DNA from: a virus
Length of the DNA stretch: 34,606 nucleotides
Virus record (IMG/VR): IMGVR_UViG_3300037827_000058
Span: 1-34,606 of that record
Reading direction: 5' to 3' (one strand)
Shown: positions 17,836 to 25,912 of the stretch, one piece after another
Layout of the letters: each line of letters begins with the position of its first letter
How positions within the stretch are numbered: position 1 is the first letter of the stretch
Program-made: the position numbers and the translations under genes
The notes under the pieces: generated by a model
What the model saw: only the letters and a program-made list of their open reading frames with translations
Database searches by the model: none
What the model was told of the DNA's origin: nothing

Positions 17836-19470
17836 ATGGCAGTAACATTTTCATTAGCACCAGAACCAGTATGGATTTTAATCAATCTAGTGGGTACTAC
17901 TGCTGGTGGCGGCTACATTAAAACCTGGCGTTCTTTGAATAAGGTTCAGCCAAAAGCTATTTATATGGATGCTGCTGGTGAAGAAGCTTGGCCTAATCCT
18001 ACATTCTTTGATTTAAATGGTGTTCAAGGGCCATTTTATTGGCAAGTAGACAGCTCAAGCCCTGATGACACTTATTTTGTTCAGGCATTTGATGCAGAGG
18101 ATAATCTTCTTTGGGAAATAGACGGATTTGACCCTACGGGTTCAGGTGGTGGGGGTAATGTTACCGTTTATATTCCTATCCAAAATTACATTGCCAATAA
18201 TGTATTTGTAGATAATAGCGATCCCATTACTGTAGCGGCTAATGTAACAAATTATGTAATTGCTCCTTCCAATCATAAAGGCTTTACTCCAGCAGCACTT
18301 AATCCAGTAACTACGGTTTATGGAACCGTTGGGCCTGATATACGGTTTAACAAGAATGATACAGGTCTTTTAAGCGATCAAATAACTTATCCATTGTTTC
18401 CTTTGGCTAGTGCTCCTCTTACAGGTGACGTCACACCTGTTAATTATATTCGATATCAATGTACTGGTAGTCCTACGGGTGAAACATTTAAAAACTTTCA
18501 GTTTCCTGTATGTCAAAAGATTAAAAATTTATCAAATCAGGCAATGACATTTTCAGTATGGGCAGCAGTTACTGCAACTCCTGTTAATATAACTGCTTAT
18601 GCATTTCAATATTTTGGTTCTGGAACAGCCGCTAGTGCGCCTGTGAGAGCAACAATAGGAACTTTAGCACTTACAACCACCTGGACAAAGTTTGTTTTTA
18701 ATTTTACGGTTCCTGATGTTTCTGCACAGTCCCTTGGAACACCTGGTTTGCAGACAGATGATGATGCGCTTTATGTCCAATTAGAAATGCCATTGAGTAC
18801 AAATTGTGATGTATTGTTTACAAAACCTGCGCTTTATCTTGGAACGATTAATCCAACGATAGACTTTGAAGATTATGATCAGATTGATAGCGTTAATTTA
18901 ACACCAAGAACAGGTGATATCAAAGTAAGTCTAATGGTAGGTTCTTTAGGTGGATTTTCAACACTTAATGGTTGGATTCCAATGAATGATGGGTCTATAG
19001 GTAATGTGAATTCATTAGCTTCAATACGACGTAATGCAGATTGTTTTCAATTATATAAAACAATTTGGGATAGTGTAACTAATACTTGGGCACCTGTTTC
19101 TGGTGGTCGAGGGGCAACGGCAATTGCAGATTTTCTAGCAGGTAAAACACTGACTCTTCCATTGGCTTTAGGACGAGTATTGGGTGGTGCAGGATTGGGA
19201 TCAGGATTAACCTCAAGGGCCTTAGGTGAATCTTTGGGATCGGAAACAATATCGATTGCTGCAATGCCCCAACATAATCATCCTGGAAGTACTGTTGCAT
19301 TAGGATCAGTAAGCATTGGCTCTGGCACAAGTGGAGTAGTAGCTGGATTAAGCGCAGGCCCAACTGTTGTTACTGTGGCTCCTCAAGGAGGTGGAATTTT
19401 AAACACTTCTGGTGCAGCTGATGGTAATATGCAGCCGTCCACATTTATGACGTTGTTTATCAAACTTTAA
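17836..19470 (+). CDS. Tail fibre protein with a C-terminal phage tail-collar domain
   Basis: Sequence LNGWIPMNDGS...FQLYKTIW...LTLPLALGRVLGGAG...LGSETISIAAMPQHNHPG matches the Collar domain pattern. Confidence 0.7.
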   Translation: MAVTFSLAPEPVWILINLVGTTAGGGYIKTWRSLNKVQPKAIYMDAAGEEAWPNPTFFDLNGVQGPFYWQVDSSSPDDTYFVQAFDAEDNLLWEIDGFDPTGSGGGGNVTVYIPIQNYIANNVFVDNSDPITVAANVTNYVIAPSNHKGFTPAALNPVTTVYGTVGPDIRFNKNDTGLLSDQITYPLFPLASAPLTGDVTPVNYIRYQCTGSPTGETFKNFQFPVCQKIKNLSNQAMTFSVWAAVTATPVNITAYAFQYFGSGTAASAPVRATIGTLALTTTWTKFVFNFTVPDVSAQSLGTPGLQTDDDALYVQLEMPLSTNCDVLFTKPALYLGTINPTIDFEDYDQIDSVNLTPRTGDIKVSLMVGSLGGFSTLNGWIPMNDGSIGNVNSLASIRRNADCFQLYKTIWDSVTNTWAPVSGGRGATAIADFLAGKTLTLPLALGRVLGGAGLGSGLTSRALGESLGSETISIAAMPQHNHPGSTVALGSVSIGSGTSGVVAGLSAGPTVVTVAPQGGGILNTSGAADGNMQPSTFMTLFIKL

Positions 19471-19485
19471 TTAAGGAGCCTAATA

Positions 19486-19788
19486 ATGGCAGTTCAATTA
19501 GTAAATGTTCCAGCATTAGATCCAAATGCTTACACTGGCCCCACACGTGTTATGGCCGGAGTTGCTCGCACCGGAGATGTTACATTAGATACCTATTATG
19601 GTGCGAATGGTTCTGTAGAATTTGCACGCTGGCTTTATGTTGGCGTGACTGGTAACGTTTCATATATGAAATGGGATGGTACCAATCAGACTCTAATCGG
19701 GTTGGCAGCAGGTGTATGGCATCCAGTGTTTTCCATCAAGGTTAATACTGCGTCAACGACTGCGACTGGCTTGGTGTGGGGAAGTTAG
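19486..19788 (+). CDS. Small spike-base-like protein (resembles the RcGTA Rcc01079 family, from memory)
   Basis: 100 aa with the pattern ARWLYVGVTGNVSY...LAAGVWHPVFSIKV...STTATGLV. Confidence 0.4.
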   Translation: MAVQLVNVPALDPNAYTGPTRVMAGVARTGDVTLDTYYGANGSVEFARWLYVGVTGNVSYMKWDGTNQTLIGLAAGVWHPVFSIKVNTASTTATGLVWGS

Positions 19789-19835
19789 CTAACTTCAGGA
19801 CGTAGTAATATTACTAATCTAAAAAGGAATTTAAA

Positions 19836-21086
19836 ATGACTACAAGTTTATCTCAAACCGTTTTTTCACCCTGGTTAACACCTGTGCGATTGGCGTCTAC
19901 GTCAAACGTTGCAGGCACATACTATAATGGGCCAAATAACAATGGCGTTGGAGCTACTTTAACCGTTGCTGCATCTTCGCTGACTATTGACAGTGTTGTT
20001 TGTAATGTAGGTGATAGAGTATTGCTTCAAACTCAAACCACCACTTACCAGCAAGGTATTTATATTGTTGAAAGTATTGGTTCTACTGTTGTTCTACAAC
20101 GTGCTGCTGACCAACAATCATTAGAGCAATTGAAAGCGGGTGAATATGTTGCGGTTGGTGCTGGCTCTGTGAATGCTGGTAACTTCTATACTCTAGTTGA
20201 GCCATTACCACAAGCAATTGGCGTTGATGCTATTGTGTTTAATGCTGATCCATCTGCCGGAGGCGTAAGCTTCTCAAATGGCCCATCAGTTGCCAATGCA
20301 ATCCCTGTATTCTCCGATACTTCTGGAAATATCAAACCAGCTAATGCTGCCCCTGTTACTTTGGGTCAAAATTTGGCGGTTACTGGTACTGGCGTATTCT
20401 CTGGTGCTCTTAGCTCCACTGCTGGAAACATCACATCAGGTTCTTCTGGTGATGCAGGTACATTTATTTCATTCCCTGCTACTGCTGGTAATGGAACATT
20501 GATATTGCAAGCCGTTAATGCAGGTGGTGCATTTAACACTACGATTGCTTCTGGCACAATTGGACAATCTTCTGTTATTACGATTCCTGATCCAGGTGCT
20601 GCAACTGCAAACTTCATGTTAGATGCAGGTACTACAACTGCAAAAACCATTACAACATTAACTTCAACAACAGCCAATATCACCAATTTGAAATATGGTG
20701 CTACTCCTGTTGCTCAAGTTGACCCAGCATCTTGCACTATTACTGCTGCTGCTGGTGCTGCAAACACTGCCACTGTAACGGTACAGTTGAAAGATGGAAG
20801 CGGAACCAATATGACTCGTATTATTCCATTCAGAGTTTATGCGTCTTCCGCTGCCGATGGTTTAACACTTGCAAGTGCTGCTTCTACTGGATTTTCTGTA
20901 GCAAGTGGTGGCTTGAGTCTGAACAACGGTGCTGCAATTACTACCCAGATTTCTTGTATGTCCAGTGCTACTGGCGGATGTGTTCTTAGTCTGCTTGATA
21001 CTGGAAAACAAACAAGTTACCTGGTATTGGTTCTTGCGAACGGATGTAAAATATCTGCTCAATTATCTGCTGGAAGTTATGGTTAG
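19836..21086 (+). CDS. Fibre or spike protein, Ala/Thr/Gly/Ser-rich
   Basis: 416 aa with fibre-like composition, directly downstream of the spike-base-like gene. Confidence 0.5.
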   Translation: MTTSLSQTVFSPWLTPVRLASTSNVAGTYYNGPNNNGVGATLTVAASSLTIDSVVCNVGDRVLLQTQTTTYQQGIYIVESIGSTVVLQRAADQQSLEQLKAGEYVAVGAGSVNAGNFYTLVEPLPQAIGVDAIVFNADPSAGGVSFSNGPSVANAIPVFSDTSGNIKPANAAPVTLGQNLAVTGTGVFSGALSSTAGNITSGSSGDAGTFISFPATAGNGTLILQAVNAGGAFNTTIASGTIGQSSVITIPDPGAATANFMLDAGTTTAKTITTLTSTTANITNLKYGATPVAQVDPASCTITAAAGAANTATVTVQLKDGSGTNMTRIIPFRVYASSAADGLTLASAASTGFSVASGGLSLNNGAAITTQISCMSSATGGCVLSLLDTGKQTSYLVLVLANGCKISAQLSAGSYG

Positions 21087-21145
21087 TAGTTAATTGCGTC
21101 ATAAATGGTGGGGCATGAAGCCCCACATCTTAAAGGGAATTATCG

Positions 21146-21289
21146 ATGCAAGGTGCATATGGTGGGTTAATTGTTATTTTAATGTATGCGGCAGCCGAAG
21201 GTGCTATTGAAGAGCAGTTTGAGTTGATTACGCAAAACAATTTATTCATTTTCACTCAAACATCCCAAGGAATTTTGGTAACGGAGTAA
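21146..21289 (+). CDS. Hypothetical microprotein, 47 aa
   Basis: AAAGGG SD upstream. Translated by eye as MQGAYGGLIVILMYAAAEGAIEEQFELITQNN... Confidence 0.3.
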   Translation: MQGAYGGLIVILMYAAAEGAIEEQFELITQNNLFIFTQTSQGILVTE

Positions 21290-21298
21290 CACATGGCA

Positions 21299-21829
21299 TT
21301 AAATATGGTACCAAGTTTTACGGTCTCTAATAGCATAAATAGTACTGCTATGGACTCCATACCATCTTGCAATCTGTGTGCATTTTATTTCAATTCCAAG
21401 AAGTTTTCTTATTTGGAGGACATCAGTTGTGGATAATTTGCTATTAGGCAGCATTTCCATAGGACATCCAGATAAATTGTTTTTAGATCGCCTTCCTTTT
21501 TTTGAGCTATCTAAAATATTATCTATATTTGTTCCCAGAAATAAATGCTTTGGATTGACGCAAGGAGGATTGTCACAATGATGACATACGAACATTCCTT
21601 CAGGAATTGGCCCAATAAATCTTTCATAAGAATAGCGATGAACTCTCATTCTTTTCTTATTGAATGGCTTTATTCTTCCGTAACCATTTTTATCTCTTGC
21701 GCCCATCCATTCTATGCATCCTTTTGCAGTAGGTTGAGAGCATTTTCTTTCAAATCTTATTTCAACTGGATCACCTATTCCTGTCTCGCCCATATGTTCA
21801 CCATTTATAAAAGAATTAATATTATACAA
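21299..21829 (-). CDS. HNH_3-type homing endonuclease with a C-terminal HTH
   Basis: Motifs NGYGRI and CHHCDNPPCVNPKHLFLGTNIDN, with C-terminal IARWYGVHSSTIYAIRDRKTW. It is a paralogue of 28031..28531 and the only minus-strand gene in the late module. Confidence 0.8.
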   Translation of the reverse strand: MYNINSFINGEHMGETGIGDPVEIRFERKCSQPTAKGCIEWMGARDKNGYGRIKPFNKKRMRVHRYSYERFIGPIPEGMFVCHHCDNPPCVNPKHLFLGTNIDNILDSSKKGRRSKNNLSGCPMEMLPNSKLSTTDVLQIRKLLGIEIKCTQIARWYGVHSSTIYAIRDRKTWYHI

Positions 21830-21867
21830 AATATGGATGGCAAAATCAACTTTAAGGAGAAGCCATA

Positions 21868-23070
21868 GTGGCCGGAATCAAGATTACTGACCTCCCTGCA
21901 GCCCCATCGGCACTATTAACCGATGTCTACCCTGTCGATCAATTACCAGGGCCGGTAACTTATAAAGAATCTAACGCACAACTTTTATCATTATTTCAAT
22001 CAAACGGTGCAGCGTTAACAAGTGTTAATGATACCAATGTCACGGTGACATTAGGTGGCTCACCGACAATTGCATTATTAAATGCAACCTCAATGACTCT
22101 AGGGTGGACTGGACTATTGTCAGCATCAAGAGGCGGTACTGGAATTGGGGCACTAGGAACTGGTGTTGCGACAGCATTGGGAATAAACATTGGTTCCCCT
22201 GGAGCATTTGTAACCTTTAATGGTGCGCTTGGAACTCCAAGTTCTGGAACCTTAACTAATGCTACAGGTCTTCCCCTTACGACTGGAGTTACAGGAAACT
22301 TACCTGTAACGAATTTAAATAGCGGTACAAGTGCTGGGGCTACAACCTTTTGGCGCGGAGACGGAACTTGGGCAATACCTGCTGGAACTGGAATAACAAC
22401 AGTTGCCATACAGAAATTTACTGGAAATGGAAGTTACACATACACCCCAACTTCTGGAATGAAATATTGTGTTGTTGAATGCATTGGTGCTGGTGGTGGT
22501 AGTGGTGGCGCTGCGACAACTTCTGCTGTTCAATGTACTGCTGGAGGAGGTGGTGGCGGAGGTGAGTATACTCGAATCGTGTTGTCAGCGGCTACAATAG
22601 GAGCCTCAAAGACTGTTGTCATTGGTGCCGGAGGTACTGCTGGTGCGAATACAGGAGGCAATGGTGGAACAGGAGGAAACACCACATTAGGCAGTACATT
22701 AGCTACAGCAGTTGGTGGCTCAGGTGGAACTGGAATGGCCGCTCAAGGAGGCACTGCAACTGCTGCTGGTGGTTCTGGAGGAACAGGCGGTACGGGAACT
22801 TTTGCTGTACCTGGTGGCGATGGCGGCCAAGGGGTCGCTGTGTTTGTGGCTACAGCTTATAGCGTTATAGGTGGCCAGGGTGGTGATTCAGTTTATGGAA
22901 CTGGTGGAATTAGTCAGATACGAATAGCTGTAAGTGGTGGCGCTGCATCAGGAATTGCTGGAACCGGTTATGGGGCAGGTGCAGGTGGTGCAATTATTTC
23001 AATTAGTGGCCCTGCTGGTGTAGGAGCCGCTGGAAATGATGGAGCAGTCATTGTGACTGAATATATTTAA
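21868..23070 (+). CDS. Tail fibre with a glycine-rich C-terminal domain
   Basis: GTG start after AAGGAGA. The N-terminus is [14 protein letters not shown]. The C-terminal half has [10 protein letters not shown] and GGGGGGGEY runs. Confidence 0.65.
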   Translation: MAGIKITDLPAAPSALLTDVYPVDQLPGPVTYKESNAQLLSLFQSNGAALTSVNDTNVTVTLGGSPTIALLNATSMTLGWTGLLSASRGGTGIGALGTGVATALGINIGSPGAFVTFNGALGTPSSGTLTNATGLPLTTGVTGNLPVTNLNSGTSAGATTFWRGDGTWAIPAGTGITTVAIQKFTGNGSYTYTPTSGMKYCVVECIGAGGGSGGAATTSAVQCTAGGGGGGGEYTRIVLSAATIGASKTVVIGAGGTAGANTGGNGGTGGNTTLGSTLATAVGGSGGTGMAAQGGTATAAGGSGGTGGTGTFAVPGGDGGQGVAVFVATAYSVIGGQGGDSVYGTGGISQIRIAVSGGAASGIAGTGYGAGAGGAIISISGPAGVGAAGNDGAVIVTEYI

Positions 23071-23112
23071 TGAATAATGATAAACTCCTAAAAAACCCAA
23101 AGGAATCAATTA

Positions 23113-23952
23113 ATGTATAAATTTTTCTTAATTATGGGATTAGGTTTCTTATTAATGAGCAAAGCTTTTTGCTCATTGCCGCCTGATGTCGAAACAGACA
23201 ACATAGGTAGAGTTATCAAATATCCAGGAAAAACAGCGGTTTCTTGCCCTATACAAGATAACAAAACCGCTGTTATTCTTGTCATTGGTCAATCTAATTC
23301 AGCCAATCATGGAGAAAAAATATTCACGACAAAATATCCAGATCAAGTATTTAATTATTTTGAAGGAAAATGTTATATTGCTTCTTCTCCTTTGCTAGGT
23401 TCTACAGGAATTCAAGGGGAATTTATTACGCCAATGGCCGACCAACTAATTGCTAATGGAGATTATGAAAAAATAGTTATCATATCATTCGGTATTGGTG
23501 GAACAACTATTAGTTTGTGGGAAAAAGGAGCTATTTTTAATAATATTTTACAAAAAATATTATTCGATCCAAAATTAAAATTTAATATTACAGATATTAT
23601 TTGGCATCAAGGAGAAAGTGATTTTAATCTTCTTACTACTACAGAACAATATACAGATAGATTTCATTCTTTAATTAATTCGATAAGAAAGCCTTATTCA
23701 TCGTTTCCTAATGTTTATTTAGCTGTAGCAACAAAATGCGGAGAAAATCCTGATTGGAAAGCTATTAATGCAGTATCAATAGCACAAAAATATTTAGAGG
23801 ATAAAAATCATAATATTTTTTTAGGTGCTAATACTGATGATTTACTTTTATATGATGATAGAGATATTGCACATTGTCATTTTAGTGAATCTGGACAAAT
23901 AAAAACAGCTAATGCTTATGCTGAGTCGATTCATAGGAATCATAATATATAA
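23113..23952 (+). CDS. Secreted SGNH/SASA-type carbohydrate O-acetylesterase candidate
   Basis: N-terminal signal-like segment MYKFFLIMGLGFLLMSKAFC. Motifs are IGQSNSANHG, IWHQGESD and DIAHCHF. The gene is markedly AT-rich. Confidence 0.65.
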   Translation: MYKFFLIMGLGFLLMSKAFCSLPPDVETDNIGRVIKYPGKTAVSCPIQDNKTAVILVIGQSNSANHGEKIFTTKYPDQVFNYFEGKCYIASSPLLGSTGIQGEFITPMADQLIANGDYEKIVIISFGIGGTTISLWEKGAIFNNILQKILFDPKLKFNITDIIWHQGESDFNLLTTTEQYTDRFHSLINSIRKPYSSFPNVYLAVATKCGENPDWKAINAVSIAQKYLEDKNHNIFLGANTDDLLLYDDRDIAHCHFSESGQIKTANAYAESIHRNHNI

Positions 23953-23985
23953 AAATTAACCATTAAATTTAAAAGGAATTAAATA

Positions 23986-24786
23986 ATGGGAATTAAAATA
24001 AGTCAATTACCACCAATTATAACTCCAGCATTAAGTGATGTATTTCCTGTGGTTCAAAGTGGTGTTACCTATAAAGAGACATTTTCTCAACTTAGTAGTC
24101 TTTTTGCTAATTCTCCTGTAAATACCAATATAACTTCAATGACTGGATTAACAGGTGATTTAAAAGCACCAACTGGAATAATTGATGCAAATGGCAATAG
24201 GGTTTTATTATTCACGGAGGTAACAAATGCAGTTAATTATATTGATATATTAAATAATTCAACCGGCATGGGCCCATTACTTATTGCTGAAGGGACAGAT
24301 ACAAATATAACAATCAATCTTAGAGGAAAAGGTACAGGAGGAGTCAACGCTCAAACTATAGGCAATATTCCATTTATTACTTTCACAGGCGCTACATTTC
24401 AACATGTTACTAATTTTGTAATGGCAACAACAAATGCAACGAGAACAGTAACTTTCCCTGATGCAACAGGTACAGTTAATTTAGCCACTAAAGCAAACGG
24501 CACTGAGGCCGCAAATGCAGTTACAGCTAGTGGTACGGCAGGTGTCATTACTACATCGGCATTAACTTTAGCAGGAGCCGCAAATTATGCTATTACTTGG
24601 ACTAATACTTTTATTACTACTGCTTCTACCATCTTATTAACAATAATGGGCGGAACAAACACTGTTCTAAATATTACATTAACCGCGACCGCCTCAAATG
24701 GCACAAGTACATTAACCATTTACAATAATACAGCCGCTACAGCCCTTAATGGTACGCTCTTTATTGGTTATATGATTATCCCTTAA
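23986..24786 (+). CDS. Second fibre protein sharing its N-terminal domain with 21868..23070
   Basis: MGIKISQLPPIITPALSDVFPVVQSGVTYKETFSQLSSLF compares with [43 protein letters not shown]. Confidence 0.6.
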   Translation: MGIKISQLPPIITPALSDVFPVVQSGVTYKETFSQLSSLFANSPVNTNITSMTGLTGDLKAPTGIIDANGNRVLLFTEVTNAVNYIDILNNSTGMGPLLIAEGTDTNITINLRGKGTGGVNAQTIGNIPFITFTGATFQHVTNFVMATTNATRTVTFPDATGTVNLATKANGTEAANAVTASGTAGVITTSALTLAGAANYAITWTNTFITTASTILLTIMGGTNTVLNITLTATASNGTSTLTIYNNTAATALNGTLFIGYMIIP

Positions 24787-24790
24787 AAGA

Positions 24791-25021
24791 TTATTGCGCA
24801 ATGAGTTCGTAGCCGCGACTCTTGCGCCTTTTAATCATTTTATCGATAAATTTTTTAACTTCTTCTTCGGTTTGCACAAGAATATTTTTGCGCCCACCAC
24901 GATTTGAATTACAGCCACCCCAACGGTGATTAAGTACAATATCATTAGTTCCATCTTTTTCTACTGTGATTTTATAATATCGGGCTTTTTCTCTATTTAA
25001 CCATTCATAAACATTAGGCAT
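24791..25021 (-). CDS. Stand-alone WGR-domain protein, 76 aa
   Basis: Sequence YYKITVEKDGTNDIVLNHRWGGCNSNRGGRKNILVQTEEEVKKFIDKMIKRRKSRGYELI fits the WGR pattern (F/Y-hydrophobic strands, WG-x-G, K...GY). Confidence 0.6.
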   Translation of the reverse strand: MPNVYEWLNREKARYYKITVEKDGTNDIVLNHRWGGCNSNRGGRKNILVQTEEEVKKFIDKMIKRRKSRGYELIAQ

Positions 25022-25136
25022 AGGTACTTAACATCTCCGCTATGGCTTCCTGCTGGGCAAACATAAGGTCTTCTTCAATGAAAAACTTAGGGTCTTGAAC
25101 ATCTACTTCATTACCGTCTACATCAAAAAATTGCAC
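25014..25136 (-). CDS. Possible acidic microprotein, 40 aa, GTG start
   Basis: Translated by eye as (M)QFFDVDGNEVDVQDPKFFIEEDLMFAQQEAIAEMLSTYA. The stop overlaps the WGR start by 8 nt. The start abuts a strong hairpin, so this is doubtful. Confidence 0.3.
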   Translation of the reverse strand: MQFFDVDGNEVDVQDPKFFIEEDLMFAQQEAIAEMLSTYA

Positions 25137-25165
25137 ATGCACACCTTATCTGAAAAGGTGTGCAT
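25137..25165 (-). terminator. 11-bp perfect hairpin, a possible leftward terminator or attenuator
   Basis: Stem atgcacacctt/aaggtgtgcat with a 7-nt loop. On the minus strand it is followed by GTGCAATTTTTTG. Confidence 0.35.
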
Positions 25166-25211
25166 CTTACGAAATTCTGATCTTGTGTGCAACATAGATG
25201 TCAACAAAAAT

Positions 25212-25252
25212 TGTCTGACAGAATGTCTGTCATATGACAGAGGACTTGTCAT
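25212..25252. promoter_or_regulatory. Operator-like cluster of TGTCA/TGACA half-sites, including a 16-bp perfect palindrome
   Basis: tctgtcatatgacaga at 25226-25241, tctgacaga at 25214-25222, and ttgtca at 25247-25252. Confidence 0.4.
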
Positions 25253-25343
25253 GAACATTATGAATAAATACTATACTAAAATACGGTATAAATCTTAACC
25301 ATGTTGTGGAGCAGTTTTTGACCAGTATAACATCGGTACAAAA

Positions 25344-25541
25344 TCATCCTAAATTATACCTATTGAATCTAATGTACACTAAAAATGTACTAACTACGGC
25401 CTTAGGTCTGATTATCAAACTAACCAGATATTTATATATGATGTATGTTATAATCAGACTTTTGACAGATGTAGCGTAACCCATAACAAGAAGCAAACGT
25501 TGGTTCATTTGTATTAGCTTGTCGATATTGTCAGGCGTCAT
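25344..25541 (-). CDS. Possible small hydrophobic protein, 65 aa
   Basis: ATGA start/stop overlap with the DUF2829 gene. The ORF is very AT-rich and may be non-coding. Confidence 0.3.
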   Translation of the reverse strand: MTPDNIDKLIQMNQRLLLVMGYATSVKSLIITYIIYKYLVSLIIRPKAVVSTFLVYIRFNRYNLG

Positions 25542-25912
25542 AATTCAATCCAATCTTCGGCCACAAATGATTCAAAGTCAGGAATAAAAGGAAATATTTC
25601 CATTGATTGCACCGCAAGAAGCCTTGTCGCTCTATCCAAAAATATAAACATTTCATTCCAATCTTTTAATTTAGCTTTGGATCCATTAACCAATAATGGA
25701 ATGATTTCACAGAATTTGTACTCAGTAGGTAAATCATCAACTAGCCATCCATCCGATACCATGATGTCTTCATTGTATGAATAATTAATCAATCTTGGTT
25801 GGAATGACTTAACATCTTCGCCTACCATTTTAAAATACACCCCTTCGCGCCACGGATGACGAGTTACCTTTGCCCCTGCTTTCAGGGAATCCATTGCATC
25901 ACAAAATTTCAT
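25538..25912 (-). CDS. Internally duplicated DUF2829 (Tad2-like) protein, 124 aa
   Basis: The two halves are KFCDAMDSLKAGAKVTRHPW...SDGWLV and KFCEIIPLLVNGSKAKLKDW...VAEDWIEL. The start overlaps the upstream phosphoesterase stop as ATGA. Confidence 0.6.
   Translation of the reverse strand: MKFCDAMDSLKAGAKVTRHPWREGVYFKMVGEDVKSFQPRLINYSYNEDIMVSDGWLVDDLPTEYKFCEIIPLLVNGSKAKLKDWNEMFIFLDRATRLLAVQSMEIFPFIPDFESFVAEDWIEL

Noticed and set aside
21108-21126. 7-bp GC-rich hairpin gtggggc-atgaa-gccccac after the 416-aa fibre gene as a terminator
   Set aside because: No U-tract follows on either strand, so it may be only a stability element. It is not called as a terminator.
20278-22533. Multiple alternative-frame and antisense ORFs within the fibre genes (20278, 20366, 20732, 20862, 21996, 22315)
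   Set aside because: They are generated by the repetitive GCT/GGT/ACT codon composition of the Ala/Gly/Thr-rich fibres, and none has an initiation context. The ORFs at 21378 and 21545 are likewise antisense to the HNH gene.
25226-25241. CTGT...ACAG palindrome as a LexA/SOS box
   Set aside because: The spacing is CTGT-N6-ACAG, not the gammaproteobacterial CTGT-N8-ACAG. It matches no other LexA consensus I know.
25095-25298. 67-aa plus-strand ORF in the early-unit spacer
   Set aside because: It starts with TTG, is oriented against the surrounding transcription, and spans the hairpin and palindrome cluster. It is probably non-coding.
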